DNA from: Felis catus
Taxonomy: Eukaryota
Direction of reading: 5' to 3'
Assembly (NCBI RefSeq): GCF_018350175.1
Contig: NC_058368.1
Location: forward strand, 127,164,001 to 127,228,000
DNA: 64,000 nucleotides
Within the stretch, counting starts at the first letter, position 1. Every line of letters begins with the position of its first letter. Made by a program: the position numbers and the translations under genes. The notes under the pieces are model-generated. The model was not told the origin of the DNA. It did not search any database and saw only the letters and a program-made list of their open reading frames with translations. Shown here piece after piece: positions 1 through 11,800 of this stretch.

Positions 1-1848
1 AAACCCTGGTCATGGCCTCAGTGCCACAGGATCGGCAGGTACCATCTCTTCAGTTGTGAAGCCATGCTGATAATTTGAGATCTAGCAGCTGGGGATATTC
101 CCTCTTCACATACCAGCTGCCTCTAGCAGATCAGTACATATCTCAGCCAAAGAAGATGTTTCTGGCACTGGTCTAAACATTGAGAGCTCTCAATGGCTTT
201 GTGGGCAGCAAGTGGTAAGAAGGGAGACCCCCAGCCAAGGAAGGTTTTGAGAAGGCCCCATTGTGGCACTTCAGAAGCAGCTGCATTCATATGACTCCTT
301 AGAGGAAGCAAACAGAGCCCGTGTACATGTGTTATCTGCCTTCTTCAGTCAGTGGGAAGGAGGCCAGTTAATGATTTTTTCAATTCTTTATCAAAATCAA
401 TTAACACACTGCTACACTTAGATAGTAGCACCCAGGCAGAGGACCACTAGGCTTCCTCAACAGTCTTTTCATCAATGAGATATATTTTAGGCCCATCCTA
501 CTCTACATCACTGCAATATAACATGAACCCCAAATTATAGGCAGGACTGTTTGTCGAACAAAGGGCCACAGACTCTTCAGGTGACAGAGTCAACTTAAGT
601 CTGACTTAATCTGTTTATTATAGTTATCAATAACTTAAGACCGGCTCACGCACAGGCAGTGAATTAGCAGGAAGACACGATGTGAGGATGCAGGGATATG
701 GGTGAGAGAAGGGCAGGGGATGTGCTGCTCACAGGAAATGAAAAGCTCTAAAGCCCAAGGCATTTCCTTTCATTTTTTCCATGTAGTTCCCTTGAGGTTA
801 TGCAGCTGTATGTTCTCAGAGCTAAGAGCAGACTGGCTTGGCATAAATGATGCATTCTACCTTCTGATATTTCCAGGCCTTCTGTTATGACGATTGATTC
901 AGTAGTTATTCCTCAAATCAAGGCACATGTGTGTCTAAGGTACCCGATCTTAGTGTCTTGGAAGGCAGAAAGATTAAAGAACATACAGAATTTTGGATGT
1001 CACTGATCTTACTTCTTCCTTTAAAGACAGTTCTCCGGTTTCTGTAAAATACGCCTGGAATAATACAGTTTTGACAAATGAGAAAGGGATGAATTTCTAA
1101 ATCAACCACATAATAAACATTTCAGGATAAGTCACGGTTTCTTCTGGTGTGTGATATACTAAAGACATTTCAATAGATGTCACAGGGTTACTAACAAATC
1201 TGGTGCATTGTTTCAAATTGGTCTTTTCTGTCAGATTGGAGGAAATTAAGACTAAAAACAATACTAACAATAGCAAATACAGCATTTAGCCATTACCCAA
1301 TCTGTGTATTATCCACATTTCACATGTGAGAAAATTGAGGTACAGTACAGTAGGATAACTTGTTTATATCATATAACTAGAGACATATACCTATAAATTG
1401 ATATGAGGGTATGAGATTGAATTTATGAGGGTATGAGATTGAATACCTATAACTTGATATGAAGGATATGAGATTGAATTTTTGCACATGCAGCAATTAA
1501 CTAATTAAAATCACAAAATTTTCTGTATTCTCCTCAATTTTTGAAAAACCTGTTTGTTCACTGAGGTGTAGCAACTTATAAAATATATGCAGTAGACATA
1601 AACTGAAACTGCTTCAAATGTACAAAGAAGTCATTAAAAAAAAGAAGAAGATTCTAAAAGAGGGGAAATATTCTCTTGTAGCCAATAGAGCAGAAACAAA
1701 AAGTACATTTACAGACTGATTATAATTCAAGGAAAGAGAAAATACATAAAGAAATATTTTTTTAAAACTGTCAACTATAATTATTGTGTACTTGTGATAG
1801 AATAATAGGCAAGATTTTTTTTTTACTTCTTATTCCACAATTTCTGGA

Positions 1849-1849
1849 T

Positions 1850-1895
<46 letters not shown>
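1849..1895. repeat. (TG)n microsatellite
   Basis: Read directly. Confidence 0.95.
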
Positions 1896-1898
<3 letters not shown>

Positions 1899-3216
1899 TA
1901 ACAACAGAAATAAACTATGTAAGCCTAGTTTCTTTCTGCACAAGATGGCTGCAGATGGTGTACTATTCTAGCTCAATATACATGTAGATTAATTTTTATG
2001 ATCTTTTATCACCAGTCATGAAGTTGGGAAATTCTTCCTTTATTTTAAAAAGAAGAAAGAACACAGTCTTTATATTCTTTGGGGGCAGTCATTAACTAGG
2101 CAACACACAGGGAAAAGAACAGGCTACCAACTACGAAGGGTATTTATTTCAAAAACAAAGTTCCTGCTTTCTAAGTGCTTAGAATCTAACGAAAGACAAG
2201 TTAAACTAAATAGGGAATTGGTGTTCAGTATCCTTACACTATTTGCTAATTTCAAATATGGGAGAATATGTATACATTTTTTTCCAGAAGCCCTTCTTCC
2301 CTATTAAAAAAAAAATGAAACGAAAGGAAAATAAATGAAACGAAATGGTTTGGAGTTGGCTCAAACTGTGAATATTTGAATTTTAATTTGGCTCTAAACT
2401 CAGAAAAAAAATCTACCCTTCTGGTATAATACTTTTAAAGCAAATGGAATCCATCATGCATGAAAAGCTAATCTCTGACCTTTAATGGTAATTTTACCAA
2501 TTGAAAAGAGTTTCAAACACTCAGTTGTGGAAAGGAAACAGACATTTGCTCACAGTCTGCAGACTCCAGCTCAGCTGAGAGTAATTTTCCACTGATGCGG
2601 AGAAATCATGGAAATCACACAGCTATGGCTAGCTTTAGGCTGGTCCTGTATCAGCTTTAGCCAGGATATTGTGTGTTTTCTTTTGTGCAGGTAAAACATC
2701 AACCAAGTCTGTATAAAAAGATGTTACTAATATTTTTGAGGTGACCTATACTTACAGTATCTGTTAGATTTTTGTCTCCTAGATTTACTGACTATATATT
2801 TGACACACTTGCAATACTTATACGGGCACAGTTAAAATTCTGCTAGAAAAGCAAAAAGTACTCAGTTTTGAAATTCTTTCTACAAACTACAAAGTTTTCA
2901 ATGACTTTACAATTTCCCTATCATAACTCTTAGAAATGTATTTTTCCAAATGCAGATGTGAGGATACCTTTTAAACCTTGAGCCAATTATGTAGGTATCA
3001 AGAGAAACATCAAAGAGTAAAATAAAATGCTACACATCACTTAAAAAGCAACGAAGCAAAACTACTGTCAAGGGTCGGTGAGGAGCCACCTGGCCTCCGC
3101 CCATTAATGCCAAGATAGTCCTGATCACATCCCCAGACACATCTTTCTGAATCTCTGTGGTCAGTCTAGTGCTCTCCTGTTTTAGAATTCCACAATAGCC
3201 AGAATTCCAACTGCAA

Positions 3217-3218
<2 letters not shown>

Positions 3219-3267
<49 letters not shown>

Positions 3268-3278
3268 CGCGCACGTGC
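3219..3278. repeat. (GT)20(GC)7 compound microsatellite
   Basis: Read directly; 60 bp of uninterrupted purine-pyrimidine alternation. Confidence 0.97.
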
Positions 3279-4106
3279 TTGCGTGCTCATGCACGCATGT
3301 GTGGATGTGTGTGCTAGGAAAACTCACTTGTTAGGAATGAAGTGTTGAAAAGGCTAGAGAAATACTAGCCAAGCAGCCTAAATGAATTAACACATGTAAA
3401 GCACTTAGAACAGTTTTTGACACTTAGTCTTTGGAAACATAGGTGACTATACATAATATCAAAAAAGATATCTTTTCTCTATTAAAACATAAAACTATCT
3501 GTTTCCAGACTTTACAGACACTCTCTAAGTATAAGGTATTATTTATGAGAAGCCTTTAAAAAAGGGGAAAGTTAGGGGGAAATATTTTGAATCATAACAA
3601 CTTATTGAATTTTAACTTAAAAGCATTTACTTGTAATTACATTTATTTGATGTAATTTGTTACCCAATTTGGTCTTCAGTAACCTGTAAATAACATTTGA
3701 GCTGCTAACACTGTTAATCATCTATTTAAAATCCAAAAACCATTTAATGAACACAGCACAGTGAGATGTGATAAATCTAATTTGTGAAGATTGAAAAAAA
3801 ATGGTACAAGATTTAAGAGGGTGTAAGTTATGAATGAAAGACAATGGCTTTCCAAAACAGTAAAATTAGAACCCATATTTTCCTTCCTGATTTCCCTCCC
3901 TTTGCTTTCTCTCCTTCATTTCTTTCCTTCTTCCCTCCTTTTCTTGCTTCCTTTCTTGTTTATTCACTCACTCACCAACTGAGCAGCAATCATTTGTTGA
4001 ATTTGTTAATTTTTCACTAGGACAAACCAATTAAGTGGTCTACTATTTTTTCAACTGACAGATTTATTTGTAGTAAAAAGAATAAGTTAAAGTTATTCGA
4101 TTTCTC

Positions 4107-4336
4107 GGGGCGCCTGGGTGGCTCAGTCTGTTAAGCGTCCGACTTCAGCTCAGGTCATGATCTTGTAGTCTGTGGGTTCGAGCCCTACATCGGGCTCTGT
4201 GCTGACAGCTCAGAGCCTGGAGCCTGCTTCGGAGTCTGTGTCCCCCTCTCTCTGCCCCTCTCCTGCTCATGCTCTGTCTCTCTCTGTCTCAAAAATAAAT
4301 AAAAATATTAAAAATATATATATATTCTTAAAAAAA
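4107..4336 (+). mobile_element. CanSINE (SINEC_Fc-type)
   Basis: GGGGCGCCTGGGTGGCTCAG head, A/B boxes, CT-rich segment, A tail; TSD AAAGTTATTCGATTT(C/T)TC. Confidence 0.95.
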
Positions 4337-5865
4337 AAAGTTATTCGATTTTTCAAGTTGTTGCTCTAAGGACCCAGCCCAGCAGGGGAGTACTTAACCC
4401 AGGGACAGGACACCAATTCTCACAATGTTCATGTTAAACTTGATCTGATTCAATCTGTATCTTCACAGGCTCACTTTACTATATCTGTTGTCCTTTCATA
4501 TCCCTTCTGATTTCTCTTCTACAATCATTCCTCCAATATGGCACCCTCACGGGTTCTCAAAGCACATCTGCGATTACCTAGACTATGTCTTCTCTCTCAA
4601 TCCCTGGGAGAGCACTCTTGGAAAGTGGCCTTGACTAAGACCTCCTCCTATGACAGGTACAGTGATGAATGCTCACATGTACTGCCTGCCTGGACGAGAT
4701 ATTTATGCTCAGAGTTAGAATCTGATTTTTCATGCACAATCCCTGCTAACAACTAATATTTAGGAGTCTCAGGAGGACTTAATATGTAAAAGATTAAACA
4801 TGAATATATATCTTAAATATGGCCTTTCACTCTCCCTCTTGTCTTCATGGTTTCCCTGTTCTTTCCTCTCCCTTGAAGTCCTCCAACATCAAGGAGAGTC
4901 TGTAATGGAAAATAATCATAAAAGAGAAGCCAGAGCTTTGCTCTGAAATGTCTATGGGATGGAGAGAAGAGATGCAGTCACATATTATTGTCTTGGTGGT
5001 ATGAAAAGGAACCTTGGACACAATTATATCTGGGAAAAAAACCTCTTTTTTTTAACCATATTCAGTCACACTGGTCATTGCTAGCAGCACAGAATCCACA
5101 GAACAAACTGAGAAAACTGCTGAGTGGAACTGGGAAGTAGATGGAAACAAAAAGGGAGCTCTTCTGGAATAATTTATAACTATGTCATTAGTATCCATAT
5201 TAAAAGATGATCTTCTAAAAATAAGACACACACGCAGTTATACTCAAGCACCACAAGACTATTTGGGCTTGAGAATTTATGTATCAATTAATGCAATTGT
5301 AGTCATATATATTCAACTCAGAAACTCAAAATAGCTAAAATTTCTTGCTTTATGCACCAGTTAAGGAGAGCTATAGAGATAGCATATTTTAAGGATATCT
5401 TCAGGTCTAAGGTATGCAACTTAGCTGCAACACGATGGGAACATTATGTCAATTCCATGGGCCACATACTTTTCCAGAGATAATTAAGATACATTATTGG
5501 TATAATAACCACCAAAAGGGCTTACCTTGGCTTTTAAAAATGTGCTAGATTTTTGGAAGAAGTCCAAAAGCTACATGTTAAGGAAATAATGAAATCATTT
5601 TTTATTGTTTTAGTTCTTATCACTCACATGTAGTGTTGATGAGGGAGGTAATATCAACCTCTAACCAGTCCTAGAGGAATAAACTGATAGTGTTGCATGA
5701 AACTAAAGGAAACTAATCATGACCATGAAATGGTCAAATTTGGTTGCTCTTCTGATTATGTCTAAGAAGCTGAGTGGCTACTCCCCAGTTGAGAACCCTG
5801 ATGTTCCAGGAACTATGTGGTGGATGGCTCAAATCCCATGACATCTCCAAGTTCTATCTAGCCTC

Positions 5866-6284
5866 GTGTCAAAGATTAGATTATTATTCAGCAAATATTC
5901 ACTCCCTTCCCTGTCCTCTCCCTCCCCCACCAACTCCCTGAATGATATCAAGCTTGGCCATATTATGAGTTTTGACCAACAGCATGTGGGCATGAATAAT
6001 ATTGCCTATTTCAAACTGAGGCCTTACAAGTTATAAAGTGTTTCTACTTGCTATCCTGTGAGTTTTCAACTCTGCCAGGACAAGAGCAGGTCCTGGGAAA
6101 CCACTGATTCAAGAAGAAGGGGAAACACGAGGAACAAACATGAACACAACCTGTGCCTGAAGCAAAGGCACCCCAGCCCATTAGCAGACACACAAGCAAG
6201 AAACAAATGCTTATTGTTCTACGCTACTGATATTTTATGGTTGGCTGTTATGTAGCATTACTGTATCTACAGCTAACTAACACA
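5866..6284 (+). mobile_element. MaLR solo LTR (MLT1I/J-like)
   Basis: Typical 3' end AAATGCTTATTGTT...GTTATGTAGCA...AGCTAACTAACACA. Confidence 0.7.
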
Positions 6285-6699
6285 CCTTGCAATAAAGATC
6301 ATTGTAGGGAACATGTATAATTTTTTTCTCTTAGGATCCCAGGGTTCTGACCAATGCAGCTAGTTCACAAATTATATTTTATTGTATACTTGCCCTGGCA
6401 ACGGAGAGCAATGCCAAACCTCATAGAGAGTGCAGTGTTCCTGTCCCTCTACAATTCCCCTTTGTCCAGTTTCAGATTCTCCCATTCTTTTATCTCTGAG
6501 GAAGCAGCATTTTGTTCTCTAAACTGTATCCGTTGCTTGTTTACTTAGCACCTTCTGAAACAAATTATAGTACCTCTAGTATGGTCTATGTTACTTATTG
6601 GTGAATATATCACTTAGCATGTGAAAGTACTCTAAGAACAGGAATAACTCTCTTGAATTTCAGACAGAATAGTCCTCTCAAACTAATTAAGTACACTTT

Positions 6700-6997
6700 A
6701 AATCAGTCCACTTCCCTCCAAATTGGGTTCTCCTTTCTAAATCCTAAATAAATGTTGTCTCTATCCTCTGAGTTGTCCAAGCCAAAAATCTGAGTAATTA
6801 TGAATCTCCACTTCTCTCACCTCCTATTAACTAAGTCCTGCTTAGTCAAAACTCCTAAATGTCAATTAAATCTATCTACCTCTCTGTCACCCCATCACCA
6901 TTTCCCCCCTGGGATCCCACCTGTTCCTACCTCCACTCTTATCAAATACAAATCAATTTCCCACAGCAGCCAAGGATTTTTTTTAATTTTTATTTAT

Positions 6998-7034
<37 letters not shown>

Positions 7035-7620
7035 AAGCGCACATGAGCAGGGGAGGGACAGACAGAGGAGGAGAGATCAAGAATCCCAAGCAGGCTCCAT
7101 ACTGTTAGAGAGGAGCCCGATGAGGCTTAACTAAGAGAGCCACCCAGGTGTCCCAAGAGATTTTTTTTAAGTGCACATCTAATTATGTCATTTGCTACCT
7201 AAAATCTTTCGTTGGCTCTACAATGCAGCAAAATGAAGCATAAATTTCTATATGACTTTTAGACCTTTAACTATCTCAGTATGTTTCTCCAGTTTTACTT
7301 CTGATTGACACACCCCCTTTGTGCTCTGTATCTTAGGCAAACTGAATTTTCTGCATCTCCCCAAACCCACTATGTTCTCTCCTATCCCCAGTCATTTGCA
7401 CATATTCTGTCTATCTGAAAGCCTCTTTTTTCTCCATCACCCTTCCCTTGTTATCTTTTCATGTTCTTTATATCTCAGGTCAGGCAACTTTCTTTAGAAG
7501 ACCACTCTGACTCTCTGGTAACCCTTGCTAGGTGCCCTTCTGGTGTGTTTCTATAGCCTCCAGGACTTAGATGCTTCGCTGTAACACTTATTATTCTATA
7601 CCAAAATTTCTGATTACCTT
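6700..7620 (+). mobile_element. L2 fragment interrupted by a SINE
   Basis: CCAAGCCAAAAATCTG, CACAGCAGCCA and CATTTGCACAT motifs. Confidence 0.6.
6976..7154 (-). mobile_element. CanSINE, internally deleted
   Basis: T tail, (GA)n and GAATCCCAAGCAGGCTCC present, then jumps to GAGCCACCCAGGTGTCCC; part of the tRNA-like region is missing. Confidence 0.85.
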
Positions 7621-8022
7621 GTGGCTAACTCTATAGGGGGCCTAATCAAGAGCCATTTCTCCTTCCAACTAGACCCTTAATACAATGCAAATATCCACAC
7701 ACCGTTGCATGTACTTACGGGGAGGTGAGCCTCAGCTCTTGCTTCCATGAGGGGAGCTCAACTGTCCCAAATATTCATGTAGGTACCATTTTTGTGGTAG
7801 TAATTGGTAAGGACATTAGCATGTGATGCAATTCTGAACAATGAGGCATTGAAGAGAAGACAGACACAGGAATTCTGTTTGGGAAAGATGTTTTTCCATC
7901 TTAAAAGAAGTAGTAAAAGAAGATCCTTCTTCTTCTTCTTTTTTCCCCCCACCACTCATATTTATCTGAATTTGATAGCTACAACTGTGACAGACACCTT
8001 GAGATCACAGGTAAACATGTCA

Positions 8023-8053
<31 letters not shown>

Positions 8054-9444
8054 CAAAAAAGAAAAAAAGTACTTGAGAATGGCAAAAACTAAAGACAGAC
8101 AGGACTCAGGCCTTTGATAATGTCACTGAATTGCTTATAGTGACATGAGCTTTCCACTTTAGGGTTGATTATGCTTTAATCCAGTTGAGTTATAGTTTTC
8201 TGCTACAGCTAAAAAAAATGTAACTAACACACTTGCCTATTGCCTCACTGCATTGATATTAATAGCAATTCACGCTTGTACATAGGAGCTGTAAAAGAAC
8301 TAAGAATTTAAAGAAAACATCTTAGAAACCTGCATAGCCTGGTAACTAAAAAGGAAGACCTTATTGATGTGGTAGCATACAGAGATTCAGAGTTAGCTTT
8401 TGAGGAGAAGGCTGTAGAAGTCTACTGATTTATCCCTTGGGCCAAAAAATAAAATGAAACTGCGATATCCCTTTGAAAAGCTGAGTATGAAATGATCACA
8501 GCGATCATATTGTAGCAATTTCATAAGACTTGAGAAATGTCATCTGGCTTTTCTGTTCTGCCCCTTTCTTTCTTACACCAGCCCTAGTTTTACTTCAAAA
8601 GCTGAAAAAGTTAAAAGAAGAAAATCTCACCAACATATTCACCTACACTTTGAACAAAGATCGAAGAAAAGGTCAAGGTAAGATCCAAGCCCACGATTAC
8701 ATTAACCTTTTGTGGACTGAACATCAAATAATGCAGTAGTCTCTTTGCTTCTGCAGAATTTCTTATTAGAAACAGGAATTTGAAGAATAGTAAGAAAGAG
8801 AAAACCTTTATTTTTTGTCTATAGATCTCTAAAAATAATTGACAAGCTTGGATTCCTCTGACAGGTAACTTCTTCTTACTTTCTTTCTTTCTTTTTTTTT
8901 TCATTTAATATTAAGTGGTTGGCCCATGCAACCATCTATTAAATGGTATGATAAAATAATAAAACCAATTGGCCATTTTCAGAAGGAAGTGAAAAGTAAT
9001 AATAGACAGTATGGATAACTAAGATTATTCTCTGATAACATTTTTAAAAATTTAAGCTTCTACTAGTGCTGGAAAGGAAACTAATTATATACATGAGGAC
9101 AGTTACTTGTAAATAACAATTTACAAATTTACAATGAGACAATTGAGACAATTTACAAATGATGAAGTTGTCTCTTCCTTAAAAGTTTGGTAGAAGTTGT
9201 AGGTAGAACCATCTGAGCCAATACTTTGGTGATTTATTTATTTACTAATTTGGAGGGGAGTGGTTAAAATGGTAGCTACTGATTCAATTTCTCTAAAGCT
9301 TACAGGTCTATTCTAATTTTTTAAATATCTTGTTAAGTCAGGTTAAATTTTATTTTTGTGCTTTTACATTAAAATCAAGCTTTAAAAATAAGCAATAAAA
9401 ATACTGTAGCTTTAAAAAAGCATAGTAATCTTACCCTGTGATAC

Positions 9445-9755
9445 TAGAGATATTATCTAACAGGGTAATATACCCCAAGCCACATGTACCTATTACGTAC
9501 TTGAAGTATGGCTAGTACAAATTGAGATGTTTCAAAAGTACAGTATATAGTCTGGATTATGAGAACTTAGTACAAAAAATTTAAGACAACTCATTAATAA
9601 TTTTATATCGATTACATCTTGAGATTCTATGCTGGATATATTGAGTTAAATAATATACATTTTAAAATTAATTTTACTTTTTTGAACCCTTTAAAAGTGG
9701 CTACTAAAATTTTTAAATTGTGATATACACTATATTTTCAGCGGGTAATATTGTT
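9445..9755 (-). mobile_element. MER33-like hAT-Charlie element
   Basis: Reverse-complement similarity to 26782-27221 (AGCCACATGT, TGGCTAGT, GTGGCTACTAAAATTT). Confidence 0.7.
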
Positions 9756-10208
9756 CTAGGCCTTTCATTAGCTCTTCTCACATCATGCTCTGGACTATAG
9801 ATACTGACACAGGTATAATCTGTCAAACACATTATGATGAAAAGAGTATACTCCTAAATAGTATACTATTTAGTATAATATGAATAATACACTATTCATC
9901 TCTTAAAATAAAAAGGGCTATATGAGACGATTCCTAAATTCCTTCCTGATTTTCATATGCTTAATGAATTCATAATTCCCTGAATAGATACCAATGCAGG
10001 GGGATACAGTTTATGTGATAGCTCATTAGTTTAATAAATATTTCTGGAGCATCTACCATGGGTTAGGTCCTGTGATGAGGCAATTTTACGTCTAAACAAC
10101 TTTCACTGTATTTAGCACTATTTACTCTTGGTAACTCTTTGAGAAATATTTATGGAACAAATACATTATTATTATGCTCTGTCTTACAGGTTAATACAGA
10201 AAGAAAAA

Positions 10209-10212
<4 letters not shown>

Positions 10213-10253
<41 letters not shown>
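10213..10253. repeat. (CA)n microsatellite
   Basis: Read directly. Confidence 0.95.
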
Positions 10254-10255
<2 letters not shown>

Positions 10256-10696
10256 GACACTCCAGGAAACTGGCTGTAAATGAAATATCAAAAATTTTTT
10301 TGAAAAAATGAGTTGTGATTCTTAGCAGAAACTCAAGTGCTCATATAACTGAGTGGCTAAAAATGCCTTGCTCCTTATGAAAAATGCAAAATGCATTTTG
10401 ATTCTACATAAAGAACACTCCAATTTTATCTGCCTTTGTCCTCTTTGAGGCTTGCCTGGGTCAATAATTAGCAACTCAGCTTCTGGGACCAAGTGAAGGA
10501 AGAGAATGATAAACAAGTGCAAATGAGCTACCTTGAAAAAGCAGTAGCATATAGCAAGAGAGCACTCAAGATTGTCCTGTCAAGGTGTTCACATTAGCCA
10601 GCCAAGAAATGAGAGAGTAAAAATTAATAAACTGGAACCTAGCTATATGCACTCACGAGACCTAGTCCACTGTTAATATAATGCATTTTCACCTTC

Positions 10697-10942
10697 TACT
10701 TTATTAAAAAAAATGTTTATTCACTTTTCAGAGAGAGGGAGAGACAGAGAGAGAAGGAGAGAGAGAGGGTGGTAGCACAAGTGGGGAAGTGGCAGAGAGA
10801 ATGGGTGACACAGAATCTGAAGCAGGCTCCAGACGCTGAGCTGTCAGCTCAGAGCCTGACATGGGGCTGGAACTTACCAACTGCGAGATCATGACCTGAG
10901 CTGAAGTTAGATGCTTAACTGACTGAGCCACCCAGCTGCCCC
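10697..10942 (-). mobile_element. CanSINE (SINEC_Fc-type)
   Basis: Reverse-complement body GAATCTGAAGCAGGCTCC...GAGCCACCCAGCTGCCCC. Confidence 0.93.
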
Positions 10943-11499
10943 TCAGTTTCGACTTTAGTGAGAACTTACAAATTATTCTAAAACCCTCTACTTTAGTGAG
11001 AACTTCTAAAATTATTCTAAATGTTTCTGAAAAAATTCTTCTCCAGTGTTAGTGGGATTCTTCTCATTTTTTTTCAAACTTTAAGACAAAAAAAATAAGG
11101 GAACAGTATTATATTCTGTAAAAAGTACTGGAGACTGAGAGCGAGGAAATCTGATTTCTGGTCTTAGAACTGCTACAAACTTGTAATGTGAAACTGAACA
11201 CATTGTTTAATCTTTTTGATGTTTTGTCATTTCCAAAATGAAGATAAAGCCCTATGTATTCTAAAGACTAATGAGGGGATCAAATGAGATAATTCATAAG
11301 GAGAAACATTTAATGTTGCATAAATGTTCCACAAACAATTTTATGCATAATCATAGAGAAGTCTCTTATGAGACTAAAATCTGGTAATATTACATGTGGT
11401 CCTAGATCCAAAGGAGAAGACAAAGAAGAAATATAAATAACAAAAAACATTACATCCCATATCAGAAATAGCAAAATATTCATAAAACCAGTATTTAAA

Positions 11500-11800
11500 A
11501 GCATATGGTGCAGCAGTTCATTGTATAGACTCTGGAGGCAGACCAGAAATATCTGATATCTGACTCTGCTCTTTACTAGCTGTGTGATTTGGAACATACC
11601 ACTTCATCTCTCTATTTTTTAGAAGACCTCTCTAGTTTGGAACATATCACTTCATCTTCTCTACCTAGTTTTCACATCTGTAAGATGGGGGTAATAACAG
11701 CACATACCGCCTATGTTTATTGCTAAGAATTAAGTACTTAATATATATAGAACATTAGAATGGTGTCGGCATAGAGCAGGTATGATACAAGTGTAGCTGC
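11500..11800 (+). mobile_element. MIR (contains a ~25-bp duplicated segment)
   Basis: GACTCTGGAGGCAGAC...CTTTACTAGCTGTGTGA...CATCTGTAAGATGGGG. Confidence 0.8.

Noticed and set aside
178..195. Perfect 18-bp palindrome CATTGAGAGCTCTCAATG
   Set aside because: Expected about 0.25 times per 64 kb by chance (64000/4^9); no context
123..3177. Possible three-exon minus-strand chain (about 3090-3177, 987-1054, 123-299) that joins in frame
   Set aside because: Weak splice sites on the first piece, no start exon, no recognisable protein; such chains arise by chance in long introns
5526..5570. 45-nt exon-like segment with strong donor AAG|gtaagc
   Set aside because: Contains TAA in the PDE4D phase; no other support
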